The position numbers and the translations under genes were made by a program. From assembly GCF_008831285.2 (NCBI RefSeq), contig NC_045138.2:36642001-36706000 (forward strand): 64,000 bases of DNA. The letters run 5' to 3'. The notes beneath the pieces were generated by a model, which worked only from the letters and a program-made list of their open reading frames with translations, was not told where the DNA came from and ran no database searches. The stretch comes from Nymphaea colorata (taxonomy: Eukaryota). Of this stretch, positions 11,900 to 24,774 are shown in pieces. Every line of letters starts with the position of its first letter. Position 1 is the stretch's first letter.

Positions 11900-13655
11900 G
11901 AGCAGAAGAAGCATGATTCTAAGAAGCAGACCCTTCAGACAAACAAATGAAATGCGTAAATTAGAACATTCCATCCAACTCGTGCCTAAGATGGTTCTAT
12001 TCTTTACTGGTCTATTCTAAGAAGGAATTTAGATGTGTTTTTGGTCTGCCTAAGCTGCTGCAAAGAATTTAGCAGATTGCATCATAGTCCCAGTAGTATT
12101 AATTGGCCGCAACTCGTTAATCGTTTCAACCGGAAGAACTCAAGAACACATCCATTGATTGGAATTTGGAAGGCCAGCCAGTGCAAATAGAGAGGAAAAA
12201 AAAATTGGGTAAAAGAAACGACCAAGCGAATTGTGTCTGGGATGCGCGCCGGCCGCATCCTGGACTTTACTTCGCCTGTCTTATAAAATATTTGGGTTTA
12301 AGTTGATTAGGGTGAACATGTCTATGATAGATGATACTATTGCCCTGCCCCTGCCATTGGTGATATATGATTCAATGAGTTCAGACGACATGCCACCTTT
12401 TTAAATATTAGATATTTTCCCTAGAATTTGCTACACATGAGGGCACAACTTTCTTGACTACTACTTTCAACTGAAGAACAAAAGCAAATGTCACCACAAT
12501 ATGTCAGAGTGTTCCTTTTACGGGGTAGTAGTTTGCAGCAAATGAAAAACATTACCGAATGACATATTGTTAGGGCAGAAGAAGCATGATTCCAAGAAGC
12601 AGAGCCTTCAGACAAACAAATGAAATGCGTAAATTAGAGCATTCCATCCAACATGTGCCTAAGCTGGTTATATTCTTTATTGGTTCATAACTGTTGTTGT
12701 TTGCCCCATAACTGTTCAATTAGAGACACATGCTTATATATCTATCATATCAACAAAAGAAAAATAAGTATATTGAAGTAAAAATATGCATGTGAAGTCC
12801 CCCGTTCCCTCTGTGAGAGGTCGGATTCAAGATGACCATTTTCTTCTTCTTCTCACCATATGAAATCTTAAGATTGTCCGTGTTTCAAGGCCCATAGAAT
12901 CATAAAAATACAGGATTCATAAAAAGCCCATAAATTTTAAGTAACTATATTGGATTTTAGGAGCCAACAGAGCTAGTTATCATAACCCTACATTTGTGAA
13001 AAAAGGCATAAAAATCATAACCTACCGACACAAACACACACAAGGGAACTACATGCTGCGAATATCATAAGTCGCACTGTTCAGGCCTAATGCAAGACTA
13101 TAGGAACTCGCTTCTCATGTAAAATATCAAGCACCCTACGGGATGATAAGAACTGATAGTGAAAAAGATGGCTGCCTTTCGTGTGAGGAATACGACCTTA
13201 GCACTCAATGCAGATGTCTCATGGTAGAGGGTTTGACACCCGCATTCATTGATTATTTGCAGGTGTTTTCAGACCATATCCCAGTGATTCAGAGGATTAT
13301 GCTTCATTTCGGCTTTCATTCCAGAAATAGGCCTCAATTTTCTTAATTTCCTAAAAGATTTTATGCTTTGGACATGGAACAATGAGGTGCGTTACAAAGT
13401 TTATGTTTATTAGTTTTTTCATGGTCAAGAACTTAGTGAAATCCAAAAATCCTTCGATAAGCATTCATGGCTTCTATTTTCGTCAATTTTAAATATTAGA
13501 TATTGTTTCCTAGAAATTGTTAAACATGAAGGCACAACTTTCTTGGCTACTTTCAACTGAAGAACAAAAGCAAATATCCCTACAATATGTCAAAGTGTTG
13601 CTTTACTTTGCAGCAAATGAGAAGGTTCTTCTCAGAAATTCAGCCAAGTTAACAA
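11900..13655 (+). repeat. Interleaved direct duplications (11901-12010 with 12575-12683; 12398-12545 with 13487-13620)
   Basis: GCAGAAGAAGCATGATT...CAGACAAACAAATGAAATGCGTAAATTAGA occurs twice. TTTTAAATATTAGATATT...CTACTTTCAACTGAAGAACAAAAGCAAAT occurs twice. Confidence 0.9.
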
Positions 13656-14400
13656 AAATCCCAATTAACAACTCTTCCCTGTCCTGTCTGTTGACACGCT
13701 AATCCAGGTTTCAATATTTACGTTTTTAGACATATTGATCGTTTTGTTATTTTTGTGAGGCACCGATCAAGAGTAAAATTATAAGCTCCTAAAAAGAAAT
13801 TTCTAAGAAGAAATCCGATATGTTATACCTTAGAGTTCATCCATCAGAATGCGTTTGCAAGGAGCGTCTCACTACATATGTCATCCATACTCCTGAATTT
13901 TCCCAAAGCATTGAACGAATTTCGCTTTGTAAGACTCTACAATTTACGAGACCGAATTTTCTTTACATGAACTTATGTAACTGAAGTGAAAAGGTTGCAA
14001 GATCATCGTTATTACGAGAAAGTAGGCATAATGCAATTAACATGCCGTTCTGCCCATGATTAGATACGAAGATGTACAAAGTGTTTCTTCGGCATTTTGC
14101 ACAACTGCCTATAAGATATGCTTGCCGAACAATGGTTAATCTATACTTACGTAACAATTAAGTATATCTTAATCTTGTCGTTAGTTCCTTAAGAGCACCC
14201 AACATTTACATAGAAGAGACAGACGAAGGGAGGGAGGAGAATGGTCGTCTGACAGTCTTAGGGTGGTCAAATCAATAAGAATCATTTTTTTTTTCAAATA
14301 TGGTGTCCCTAGCAGCCCTTTTTGCTTTAGAAAATGATTTAAATTCAGTTAATGCATAATTTCATACCATATTTTTGGAATAATGCTTATTTCATGTGTT

Positions 14401-14630
14401 CTAGGCAGCCGGCCGGCCCAGCCCGGTAAAGGCAGGCCCAATCTGGCCCTTCGGGCCGGGCAGCCTGGCCTGGGCCAGGCTCGAGAGCCCGGGTCTCTGC
14501 TCGAGCCTGCTTGTTTAAAAATAAAAAACAAATTTTTAATCATAAAATAATTTTTTTAATATAAAAATATATTTATTAATAATAAATATTTATTATTAAA
14601 ACAAAAAATTAAATAATATATATTTTTTAC
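14401..14630. mobile_element. Truncated hAT-type MITE; related copies at ~21125-21465, ~21983-22195, ~24590-24695, ~26668-26885, ~28020-28145
   Basis: GC-rich GCCCGG/CTCGAG head followed by a shared AT-rich core of the type TAAAATAAAAAAAATATTTTTTAATGTAAAATAATT. Confidence 0.6.
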
Positions 14631-14967
14631 GAAAACTGACGCAGATTGGATATTATGCAAACCCCCAACTAGCCAGTTTGGAACTCTTTGTTTATTTAAC
14701 TTTTTAAACAAAAGATAGGAGAGGCCTGTAACGGTTGATTATGCATTTAATGTTATGAATAACTGGTTTCGGAATTATCCATTATCTTTGTAGCAACTTT
14801 ATTTATGAATCGAATCTTAAAGCCAAATGGTTCAGAAATTCGGTAAATCCAATTGGCATTGGAATCCTTTGTGAATCGAATTTGATAAAAAAAAATATTT
14901 TAAAATTTTAAAAATAATTAAAAATTAAGAATGTCAAAAGAAGAGAAAGACTTAAAATAGTATAAAG

Positions 14968-15624
14968 ACGTAAATGCTTAAGAAAAAAAATATAGAACAC
15001 AACATCAATAAACAGATTACACTGTGCCAAACTTGTAGAGAGATTAGGGGTCAGTGCTAGGTGGGGAAGGATGGGATGAGCTTTCTAACTTATAACCGAC
15101 TGAGCTCCAGCCAGATAATTTTGGAATAACTTAGTATATTTTGCAAAAGAAAACCAAAAAGAAAGAAAGAAAACGACAACAACAACCAAATGGAACATTT
15201 GAAAAAGATGTTCCGTTTTAAGTTTGAAAGAAATTGATGAGTCTCGCTCTTCTAGTAAAAATCTTGTTCTCAAAGCATGAACGGCTGTAATGATTTGTCT
15301 GCTTTATGCTGTCAAAGCCTCTACTTCTGATGGAAAAACTGAAGCAATGGAACCTTGAGTTTAACATCAGGCCATTTGCATTGAGTGGTCTGATTTCATC
15401 AATTAGTGCGAAATTCTATTGATTTTCAATAAATCTTGAACAAGATTTTGGTAACACAAGTTTGCAGTATAGTTATGTGTATATGATTAATTATGTTCTT
15501 CACTCCCTATAATCCCAGAAATGCTGACATGTTTGCAGTTCAGGGAAAGTCCCTGGACTCATGTAATGCGTTCCCTTGAAATGAGCCGATAAAATAGGAA
15601 TATATAACAAAAAAGAAGCATGGG
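14968..15624. repeat. Right arm of the ~650 bp inverted duplication (partner 7211-7865)
   Basis: Reverse-complement match to 7211-7865 with a few indels near the outer end. Confidence 0.95.
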
Positions 15625-16410
15625 CATTCTATGAACGACAATCAAATGTTACCAGTTGCTCTAGCTTTTCTGTCTGAATTTACTTTTACTGCACATGGGT
15701 GCGGGAAGGCCCATCTGTCTTGAAGTTTTCTGACGTATCCTTCCTCGTTCTCATCTATTTGTTGCATAACTTATTTAAAGTACATTGCTTGGAAGGTGAC
15801 ATTGGTTGGAATGGTGATGAACAAACTTGAAAATGTTACTGATGTTCACAATTCGTCCTCGATGATGGAACCGGAAGAAATGATGTTACCTTATGGCAAA
15901 TGTCTGCCAGTACGTTAGTCCTGTATTTACCTTCTAATTTGAAACATTGAGGCTTCAACATTTTTTTTTATAGTAAATTTGGTAATCATCGATCATGTTT
16001 CTCAGGGTAAATGATGTGCGGGAATCAAATGAAATTGCTTTGGTTGAGTAAGCTTCTTTCTTGGCTATCTAATATAACTAGTTCTTTCATAATTCACAGA
16101 AAACCGCATGAAGTGCTGTTTGTTATAGGAACTCTAGCATGTGTAGGAGCATTTATCAATTTAGCATATACAAGGGTGCTGCAACTCCTCTCTCGATCGA
16201 ATCATGGATCTTTTTTTTGGTATGCCCAAAATAGCCCTCGTTCTGCAGCACCAGCACCCGCCCTTCGCTAAAGGACGATGGTCTGTACACCAAGGAACAT
16301 CGTACCGCAACACCAACGTATCTGAAAATCCCAACTATAAACCAAAAAGAGGAGAGAGGAGTGGTGGTTTTGTCAGCCTCAGGCCTCTCCTCGTTTCTAA
16401 ATCTATGTTG

Positions 16411-16447
<37 letters not shown>

Positions 16448-16802
16448 CTATGGCACCGCTCGCCTTCTCTTATATCTGCGTGTGATTGAGTATTTTTTCA
16501 TGTAACTTTCCATTAATCTCACGTTGCTTGATATGCGGCCGTCGATCATTGTTAGCTTCTGGTAAAGGAAAAGCATGAACTGAATGGATAAATGTTTATA
16601 GTATTGAGAGCACAGGGATTCTAATATCACGATAGATTTAGAAAAAAACTCAACTGCGTAGCTGAATCAGCTAGTTGTTTGGATCCAAAAGAAAGGGGGG
16701 GGGTGGAAATGAGGCAAATAGCGAACAAAAATTCATCTTAGGCAAGGTTTATTGCTGAATGTAACATATAAGAGATTTATTGGTTGTTGCATTACTCTTC
16801 GA

Positions 16803-17129
16803 ACTTGACGTGTAATCGAAATTTTTGAATTGTTTATGGTGTAGTTATGTATATGATTCTTGTACATTAAACACCAACCTCGAATGGCAACTCTTTTTAA
16901 AACTTGACCATGATGTGTAAATTAAAATTTTTGAATTGCATATGATGTAGTTATGTATATGATTCTTGTACATTAAACACCAACCCGGAATCGCAACTTT
17001 TTTTAAAACTTGACCATGATGTGTAAATTAAAATTTTTGAATTGCTTATGATGTAGTTATGTATATGATTCTTGTACATTAAACACCAACCGGGAATCAC
17101 AACTTTTTTTCAAAACTTGGCCATGATGT
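16803..17129. repeat. Tandem repeat, 3 x 106 bp
   Basis: GTAGTTATGTATATGATTCTTGTACATTAAACACCAACC starts at 16841, 16947 and 17053. Confidence 0.97.
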
Positions 17130-17132
17130 CTC

Positions 17133-17442
17133 CCTCCCATTTCCCTGTGCTGCTGCTAGTTGGACAAATGAGAAACATAAGCCAATCCCATTTGTTTGTG
17201 ACTATGAAGGGCGGCCTTCTTGCATCTCTTCCATCACAAATCCAAACACATTGTTCAAGAGGCACTGTTAGCTTAATGTGCAATTATCAAAACCTTGATA
17301 GAAGAGCCAGAAAGTTTATGAAAAGGGCCATTAGTCTGTATGATGGCACTCAACAGGTGATCGATCGACTTCCAAGTCAAGGCCTGCAGACGTTTAAAAT
17401 TTTACTTCAGTCAGAGAAGGGGGGCAAATGAAGGAATGCGGT
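17133..17442. repeat. Inverted duplication arm (partner ~23914-24243)
   Basis: AGTCTGTATGATGGCACTCAACA and TCGACTTCCAAGTC.AGGCCTGCAGACGTTTAAA are found reverse-complemented at ~23970-24035. The ORF track shows the shared peptide RKFMKRA.SLYDGTQ.VID on opposite strands. Confidence 0.93.
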
Positions 17443-20119
17443 TTGCTCTCCAACCCCAAGACAGCTACTATGTCGAACCTGCATCTCTTCTCCACCCAAC
17501 CTCTCTCTCATTCAAACCTGTCAAGATCAGTATTAACAATGCCACCGTTTTGATGAAGATCGAGAGAGGTGCGTTTTCTTTGCCCACTTAAACGAAAAAA
17601 GATATGATTGCGTGTGTCACAAAGATCAAACATTCGAAAGTAAACCTATATCAGAAAAATGAGCCCAACAGCATGTGTTTGGCAGGTAACAACTAGCGTT
17701 GGATGGTTTGGAATTTTGATTCACAAGCTGACGGTTTATTAGTCCTCAAGCTGGATCATTTTCTTAAAGTCCTACCTCAAAATCCGTATAGTGACAGAAA
17801 ATCTTAACAAAATATGTAAATTACAAAATCTGATGAACCAATAAAAAATCCACACACACATACACACTCTCTCTCTTTCCTCCCTCTAAATGATCCTGAG
17901 TCGCTAACATATATACCACAACAAAAAATAAGGCAGCAAAAATTTTCTCTCAAGCTCTCTCTCTCTCTACACAAATAAATGACTAAAATCTACACAATGC
18001 ATATTATGAAAAATCAATCAGTTAATGAAGAAAACTTAATCAAAGCAGTCACAATAAAAAAAAAGAAGTTAGTGAATGGGAAGCTTAAAACTTAGTTAAA
18101 TCTGTTAATGAACAAAACACTACAACACAGTAAATGTGTGGCCTAGGGCGAGGATCAATGGACATTTGATGGTGGATTGATCAGCTCAGTGAATGACCTG
18201 CAAGAAACGGATGATCGAGCGGGATGAGCTATTAGGAATTGATGGCGAGATGTAGGTCAGCGGAGGAAAACTACTAAATTGCAGTGCCTTTGAGGGAAAG
18301 TTGAAACAGGCAGCGGGTGGTAGAGAACTGAGGAGATGAATAGCCAAGGAAATACATGCACTTATACCTTCCCCAATGATCTCCATGCGTGGATGAGCAA
18401 CGACATAGTGTAGTGGAGAGTCTTGGACGTTAGAGGGAAGGGGGAGTAGGCAGGCCTGAGCCATTAATAATCCTTTCTCTAACTAGAGCTCTCAACCACT
18501 CCATACATATACATGCTCATATAAATTGTATCAAATAATCAAATTTATAATCGATTTACCTCTAGCACTTGCTTTCTTACCTTTAGGTGTGGGATGGGTT
18601 GGTAGGTTCGTCCTGAACTGGAATGGATTGGGTCGGGCTCCACAGTCAACAGTGATCCAGCTCCAGAAAACATCAAGCAGTCGCAATTTTTTTCCCGCCC
18701 ATTGCGCCCAAATTCACCAAAAAGAGGAAGACCAAAGGGGCGAAACCGTGAAGCGGCAAAGGGCAAGGGCCAAGGGCCGAAGGGCGGCAGCGGGCGGCAG
18801 ACGATACATTCATACATCATTGCAGGCGCCGCCCTTCTTCTCCTCCTCCTTCTTCGTTGTCTCTCCCCTTTTGATGTTTCTCTGTGGGCGTTCATTGAGA
18901 TTCCATTTCTAAAGGTATTGAGGCAAAATTGGATCGCCTTTCTCCTGCTCGTTCTTCAACATTTATTTAGCATTGGTTAAAACACTTTAGTTTGTTGTTT
19001 TGTTCTGTTGGTTGTAAGACAAAGGTTGCCCAGTGAACCATTATTGATGTTCGTACCATGAACAAGGGAGTTTTCTGTTCTTGTTGTGTTATACAATTTG
19101 GAGGTAGCCTCTGGAATGGAATCCTATGATGGGTATTGTTTTGTTATTGCGGAGAATAATGAGAGTTTTGCTATTTGCAGTTTGGTATTTAATGTTTATT
19201 ATGCTGCATTGCAAAGACTGCATATGATAGATCATTGATTTGTTATGGAATGCATGATGTTTATAGATACATATTCTCAAATTTGTTAAGGGGTTATATA
19301 TAAATTTGCAACAGTAGCCAGATTGGATGAAATCCAGCCTTGTTTTGATTGAATCGAGCCCATTAGAGGTCACTGGTAGTCCTAAAAAATTTGTATTTTA
19401 ATTTAATTGCGTTAATGCTTTCTATTATATGTTGTTGTGTCTGTATGTTGTATATATGAAGGTTCCTAATTTGTTTACACTGTTGTTATATTGTATAATT
19501 GTAATGACTGTTTTTCCTTCTGTCATGTCTCTAATCTTGTGTATGGACATTGCCTAAGATTGTTGACTATAACTATTATTTTAATGCAGGAAAGATATAT
19601 GGTAAGCTTAGTCTGCTATGCCGACGAAATTGGTTCAGTACTGAAAAATCATTATCGGGGACCTGGCAAACCAATGCTGTATCTTTTGTATGGCTGTATG
19701 GGTTGAACATTGATAGCAATAAGTTTTCAAAGCCTGCAGAATTTGAGGTTTGCTTTCTAAATTTATATTATGCTTGTTCATTTGACAGTTCTGAAATGCA
19801 ATCTTGATCAGGCTTTAGTTGCATGATGCTAATTTTTGTTGTTAAATCTGTCTTTCTTTTTTCTTTTCTTAATATAGCAAAAACTTTTAGTTTTGGCACT
19901 TATGGGTAGACTACTGGTGCTATTAGGAGATATAAAATTTATTTAGTTTCTGCCATCTTAGATAGGTTACTATTGCAACTTAATTTATAGTATGGCCTAA
20001 TATGCTTGGCTACTGAAAAAAGATACATGAAAAATTTTTTATGACTATGATTATTTGCTTTAATTTTAAAATAACATATACTTTAGTTGAAATAATTTTT
20101 CACATACCATGTACTAGTG

Positions 20120-20152
20120 CCCCATAGCCAAAAATTTCTGGCTCCGCCACTG
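20120..20152. mobile_element. Solo hAT-like terminus
   Basis: AAAATTTCTGGCTCCGCCACTG is the reverse complement of a CAGTGGCGGAGCC-type hAT TIR. The partner end was not found. Confidence 0.55.
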
Positions 20153-20540
20153 GTTCTTTCATGTCTTTTCTTTTCCTCAAAAGTCATCTAGTCATTTGAA
20201 GTTGTGCGTTTTGTTTTAGAACTGGAAAATGAACGCAGATTCGGCCATGCCATGGGGAAAATCTTATTTAAATTAGGTGCACCGGCAAGAGAATTTTATA
20301 AAAATATTTTTTTACAAAAAAATAAAATTTTGTAAACATAAAAAAACAGAAAAAAAAATTGAGTCCATCAAGAATCGGTCGCAGCAATTTTCGATCACAG
20401 ATCTCTGCCAGCCGCGTCTATAAATAGCAGAACGAGAGAACAGAATGACATTCGATCCTTACACAAATCCTTGTTATCTTCCTTCTTCTCACTCCTTATG
20501 TCCTATTGCCCCCTACCTCTTTAATATTGATACACCTTAT

Positions 20541-20744
20541 AACCAAGTATTCTAGTTACAAAAGACTTTATGGAGCCTGTTCGAGAGGCAAATAGTGACA
20601 AGCTATCGTCAACCTCTTCGAGGATTGATGAACTATCTAGCTTTGTAACTAAGTATTTTAGTTAGGAAAAGCCTTATGGAGTCTGTTTCAGATGCAAATA
20701 GTGACAAGCTATCGTCAACCTCTTTGAGGATTGATGAACTATCT
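20541..20744. repeat. Tandem repeat, 2 x ~106 bp
   Basis: AATAGTGACAAGCTATCGTCAACCTCTT.GAGGATTGATGAACTATCT at 20591 and 20697. Confidence 0.95.
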
Positions 20745-22750
20745 GTAAGTATGTTTGCTTCAGTTATAGAATAAAGTGTTAGTTTTCCTTACGAGCATAT
20801 GTTAACTTTTTTATTTCTAAGCATGTGTAGAGTAGTCTTATTTTCTGTTAATTAAAAAAAAAGCATTTTTTTCCAACAATACCTTTCTTTTTCTTTAGGC
20901 GTATGCATGTTTGGATTCAGTTGTGTGCTGCTATGAGCACCCTACGTACATTGTATGTAGTAGGAGTAGAGAAACATTTTAGTAATTTAAAAATATATAT
21001 AGTGGGCTTGGTCCCCATCCTTTCCTCGTATTTTCCTCAATCATATTTAGATTTTATTTTGTTGAGGCCGAAGAGCTGCAGCAGCAGTCATTTTTCTTTT
21101 TGATGGCTTCCATCACTCTTTTAACAGGTACTCGTACCGGGCCCGATTCTTAAACTACTTATTATTATTTTATGATAATAATATATATTTTATTATTAAA
21201 AAAATATATTAAAAAATTTTATATATATTTTATTATTAAAAAATTTTCTTTACATTTAAAAAAGTTTTTTTTTTATTTTAACGGAACCCGAACTCGGGTT
21301 TCGAATCTGGATTTAGCTTCGAGACTTGAAACCGAGCTAAGACTAAGTTGGGTCTGATTACAAATAAAAAAATATTTTTTTAAATGTAAAATGTTTTCTT
21401 TAATATTAAAAATATTTTTAATAATATATATATATATATTAAATAAAATAATATTCAATAATATACCAGATTGACGCAGTAGTTAATTAATCTAGAGTCC
21501 CCACCATGCATGAAATTAATCGGAAACAAAAAACCATTGATATATATGTACCTCACAAGCGCGCCCTAACCCTTGATAGTGCTCCGTTCTCCCAATTAGC
21601 AACTGACGTGGTCACCAATCTACAAATACTAATAATGGGCAATGGCTTCCATGGTTTGGTGCTCTACAACAATTAACAAGGCACGCCGCTCATTTTTATA
21701 TTTGCCAAAAATTCAAGTCTGGATGTGTCGTGTGAACATGTAAAATTGTAATTAACAAGAAGGAAGAACACATTGTGAGCGCACATTCATGGGGGTCATT
21801 TGACACATTGTGAGCCCTCATAATTCACACACGACAGGCAAAAAAATTAATGTTGAAGCTGGAACGTTTAGCAAGAGAAGTGATATTAAACCAAAAGAAA
21901 AAAAATAAAAATTTGAACTAACGTCAATTTCCAAGTGCCCCTCGTTTGTTGTGCCCTCACCCACCGTTAGATTTGGGCATCACCTGGGCCTAACCCAGCC
22001 CAATAAGAGTGGGGCTCTTGCCCGCCTGAGACCTCGAAACCTGAGATTGGGCTCAGCTCGAGACCTGAACCTAAGCCCAGTTGACTCGATTAAAATAAAA
22101 AAAATATTTTTTAATGTAAAATAATTTGTTTAATATAAAAAAAATTATAATAAAATATATATTATTATTAAAATAAAATAATATTAAATAATGTATCCCC
22201 CTGCAGACCCATTCAAGTCGATTTTTTTGAGCCGCAACCGAGGCCCACTGTCTTCAATCTGCCCTATGTCTTCAACCACCACCAATGTCTACCTACCATA
22301 CCGGGGTGCGCCTAAAATGCATCCGCACCCGTGTGGACGCGATGCGACGGTAAGTCGGGTGCGGTAAAAAACGTGTATGTCTATGATCCATCTTTTAGGG
22401 TTTTTTTTCTTAATTTTCATTTTTCAACAAAAGCTATCGGGCGTCGCCCGACTCGCCCCTTTCCCTTTGCTAACGCCTTCCCAGTTCTGCTCTTCTCTTA
22501 TCTCTCCTACCATCGTCCCTTCCACCTGTATGGCTGTGTATTTTACGCGGTTATGACAAAAACATCTCCGTGTACACATAAAAATGAGAACCTGACAAAA
22601 ATGAAAATCGATATAAAGGTTTAAAAAAATTAATAAAAACATAAATTACTAAAATGTCTCCCTACTCTTTCTACGTAACTTTGTAGGTTAAAAAAAAAGT
22701 ATTGTTGAAAAAAAAATCGGTTTTTTATCTTAAAAAAAAATTTATTCCAG

Positions 22751-23053
22751 TTCAGTCTTAGCTGGAGCCTGGAGTCCCCAAAAGACAAAAGGGTCACGTC
22801 ATGGGCCAAGGTCAACCTGGTTCTCTCCTTTCCGGTCTGCCTGGCTTTACTGAGTCTGCCTTCTTACTTGGTTCATGAGCAATTCACTAACTTCCCTACT
22901 TACACCATTGGAGTATATGAGCTTTTTTTGTGTTTCTTTGCATTGTCATGTTAAAAAATAGAAAAATACAGCTATATAGGATGTATGTTTTCTGGTTGTC
23001 TACGCAGCCTGAACGTTTTGTTACTACAAGCTTTTGCTAAGCTCACCAAGTGA
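22751..23053 (+). pseudogene. Unidentified small membrane-protein family, copy A (5'-truncated, in-frame stop at 22952)
   Basis: FSLSWSLESPKDKRVTSWAKVNLVLSFPVCLALLSLPSYLVHEQFTNFPTYTIGVYELFLCFFALSC*KIEKYSYIGCMFSGCLRSLNVLLL aligns with copy B. Confidence 0.75.
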
Positions 23054-23202
23054 GCTACTCACTTAAGAAGACACAACTGCTCAATGATTTGACACTCTTA
23101 TGCTAAGTAGACACAATGGCCAACACGTCTATTTATAGGGAGAACAAGTCATGGTAGATTCTTCCACCGAATTCTATAAATTTTTTTTAAGTAGCATTTA
23201 GT

Positions 23203-23759
23203 TTAACTGAAAAGCAAGATGCTCATCAAATACAGGACCACACGAGCAATAAAAGACGGAAAAACTGATGGCAAAGACGGACAAAAGCTATGCATCGCAG
23301 GTGGAGGTGTGGTTGCGCCGTTGGAAAGAACCACCTTCAATGCCAAGGCGAAAGCAGCGGCTATGGCTGCACTGGATATGGACAGAATCGTTATTACCAT
23401 GATCTTGCAGAGGCAAGAGGCCATAAAATACACAGCAATAGAGAGAAGGAGTATACTCCAAGGGCATAAGTGCAGAAGCTAGTGAATTCATCCTTGATCA
23501 ATGTAGAAGGCACACTCAATAGAGCAATACCAGCAGTGAAGGAAAGCATAAGATTGAACTTCGCCCAGGAATGGTAACTCTTCACCTTCTCATCTACGTT
23601 GCAGCGGTTGGGTGAGGAATCACTGCCTCCAACATGAACCGGAAGGGATCCGTCTCTGCGATTGCCATGCAGACGGGGAAGCATCTGCATGAACTGTTCG
23701 ACGACTGAAATCAGGCCGTTGGGAAGAAAGAGGGCCGTCCCTGAAATACGAGAAGCCAT
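23203..23759 (-). pseudogene. Unidentified small membrane-protein family, copy B (121-aa ORF 23394-23759; hydrophobic frame continues after an apparent frameshift near 23440)
   Basis: MASRISG...DEKVKSYHSWAKFNLMLSFTAGIALLSVPSTLIKDEFTSFCTYALGVYSFSL; the shifted frame reads IAVYFMASCLCKIMVITILSISSAAIAAAFALALKVVL. It could instead be an intact short gene. Confidence 0.65.
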
Positions 23760-24774
23760 GAATATATGAGAGACAGAGAGAGTCCAACTCGACTTACAAC
23801 TGAGGGAAAGATTTACGAAAGAGCCTCAAGGGTAGGGATGTCCATATAGTTTATTTGAATCCGATATTCGACCGAACGATCCCAAAAATTTACCAGTTAA
23901 AGGGCGAACAGACACCGCCTTCCTTCTTTTGCCCTCTTCTTTGCCGCCCTTCTCTTTCCTAAAGTAAAACTTTAAACGTCTGCAGGCCTCGACTTGGAAG
24001 TCGATCACGTGTTGAGTGCCATCATACAGACTACTGGCCCTTTTCATAAATTTTCTGCTTCTTCCCCAAATTTTCAAATATCATGGTTTTGATTAATTGC
24101 ATAATAAAGCTAATAGTGCATCTTGATCAATGTGTTTGGATTTGTGATAGAAAAGATGCAAGAAGGCCGGCATTTATAGTCACATACAAATGATTGGCTT
24201 GTGTTTTTCATTTGCCCAACTACCAGCTCAAGGAAATGGGAGGCAGACAGCATTGCTGCTAAACCACCCGAGAAGACAACAGAACAGACGAGAAGAGGCT
24301 TTCTTCATTGAATAAACATTACTAGGCCAAAAGATCACTGGATATGCTTCCGCGTCATGCAGCATTGTTTTACTGTAGCTTCCTGTATTTGTTAATACAC
24401 AAGTCTTTGACTAGATTAGATATGACAGAATCACAGTTTAAGACATTAAAACTCTAACCAATTCACTTTCATTTTGTTAGTGAATCAGTGATGGTAAAAC
24501 AAATTTATTTTCACATATGAAAGCGACCATAGATTAAAAAAAAAAAAATCAAACAAGAACTCATATACAGATGCCCATTCGTAAATTCATTTATATTAAA
24601 AAAATTTATTTTACTTAAAAAAAAAATTAATCAAGCCAGGCTGAGCCCGGCTGATGTCGGTCTCGGGTTTCGAAGTCTCGAGCCGGCCCGAGCACTGCTC
24701 AGTTTTCTTTATCCAATCATTGCCACAGTCGATCACCAGACATAACATAACTCTTTCAGGAGGCTCTCCTTCGT

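Noticed and set aside
16803..17129. CRISPR-like array
   Set aside because: Whole units are repeated with no unique spacers, the context is eukaryotic, and there are no cas genes.
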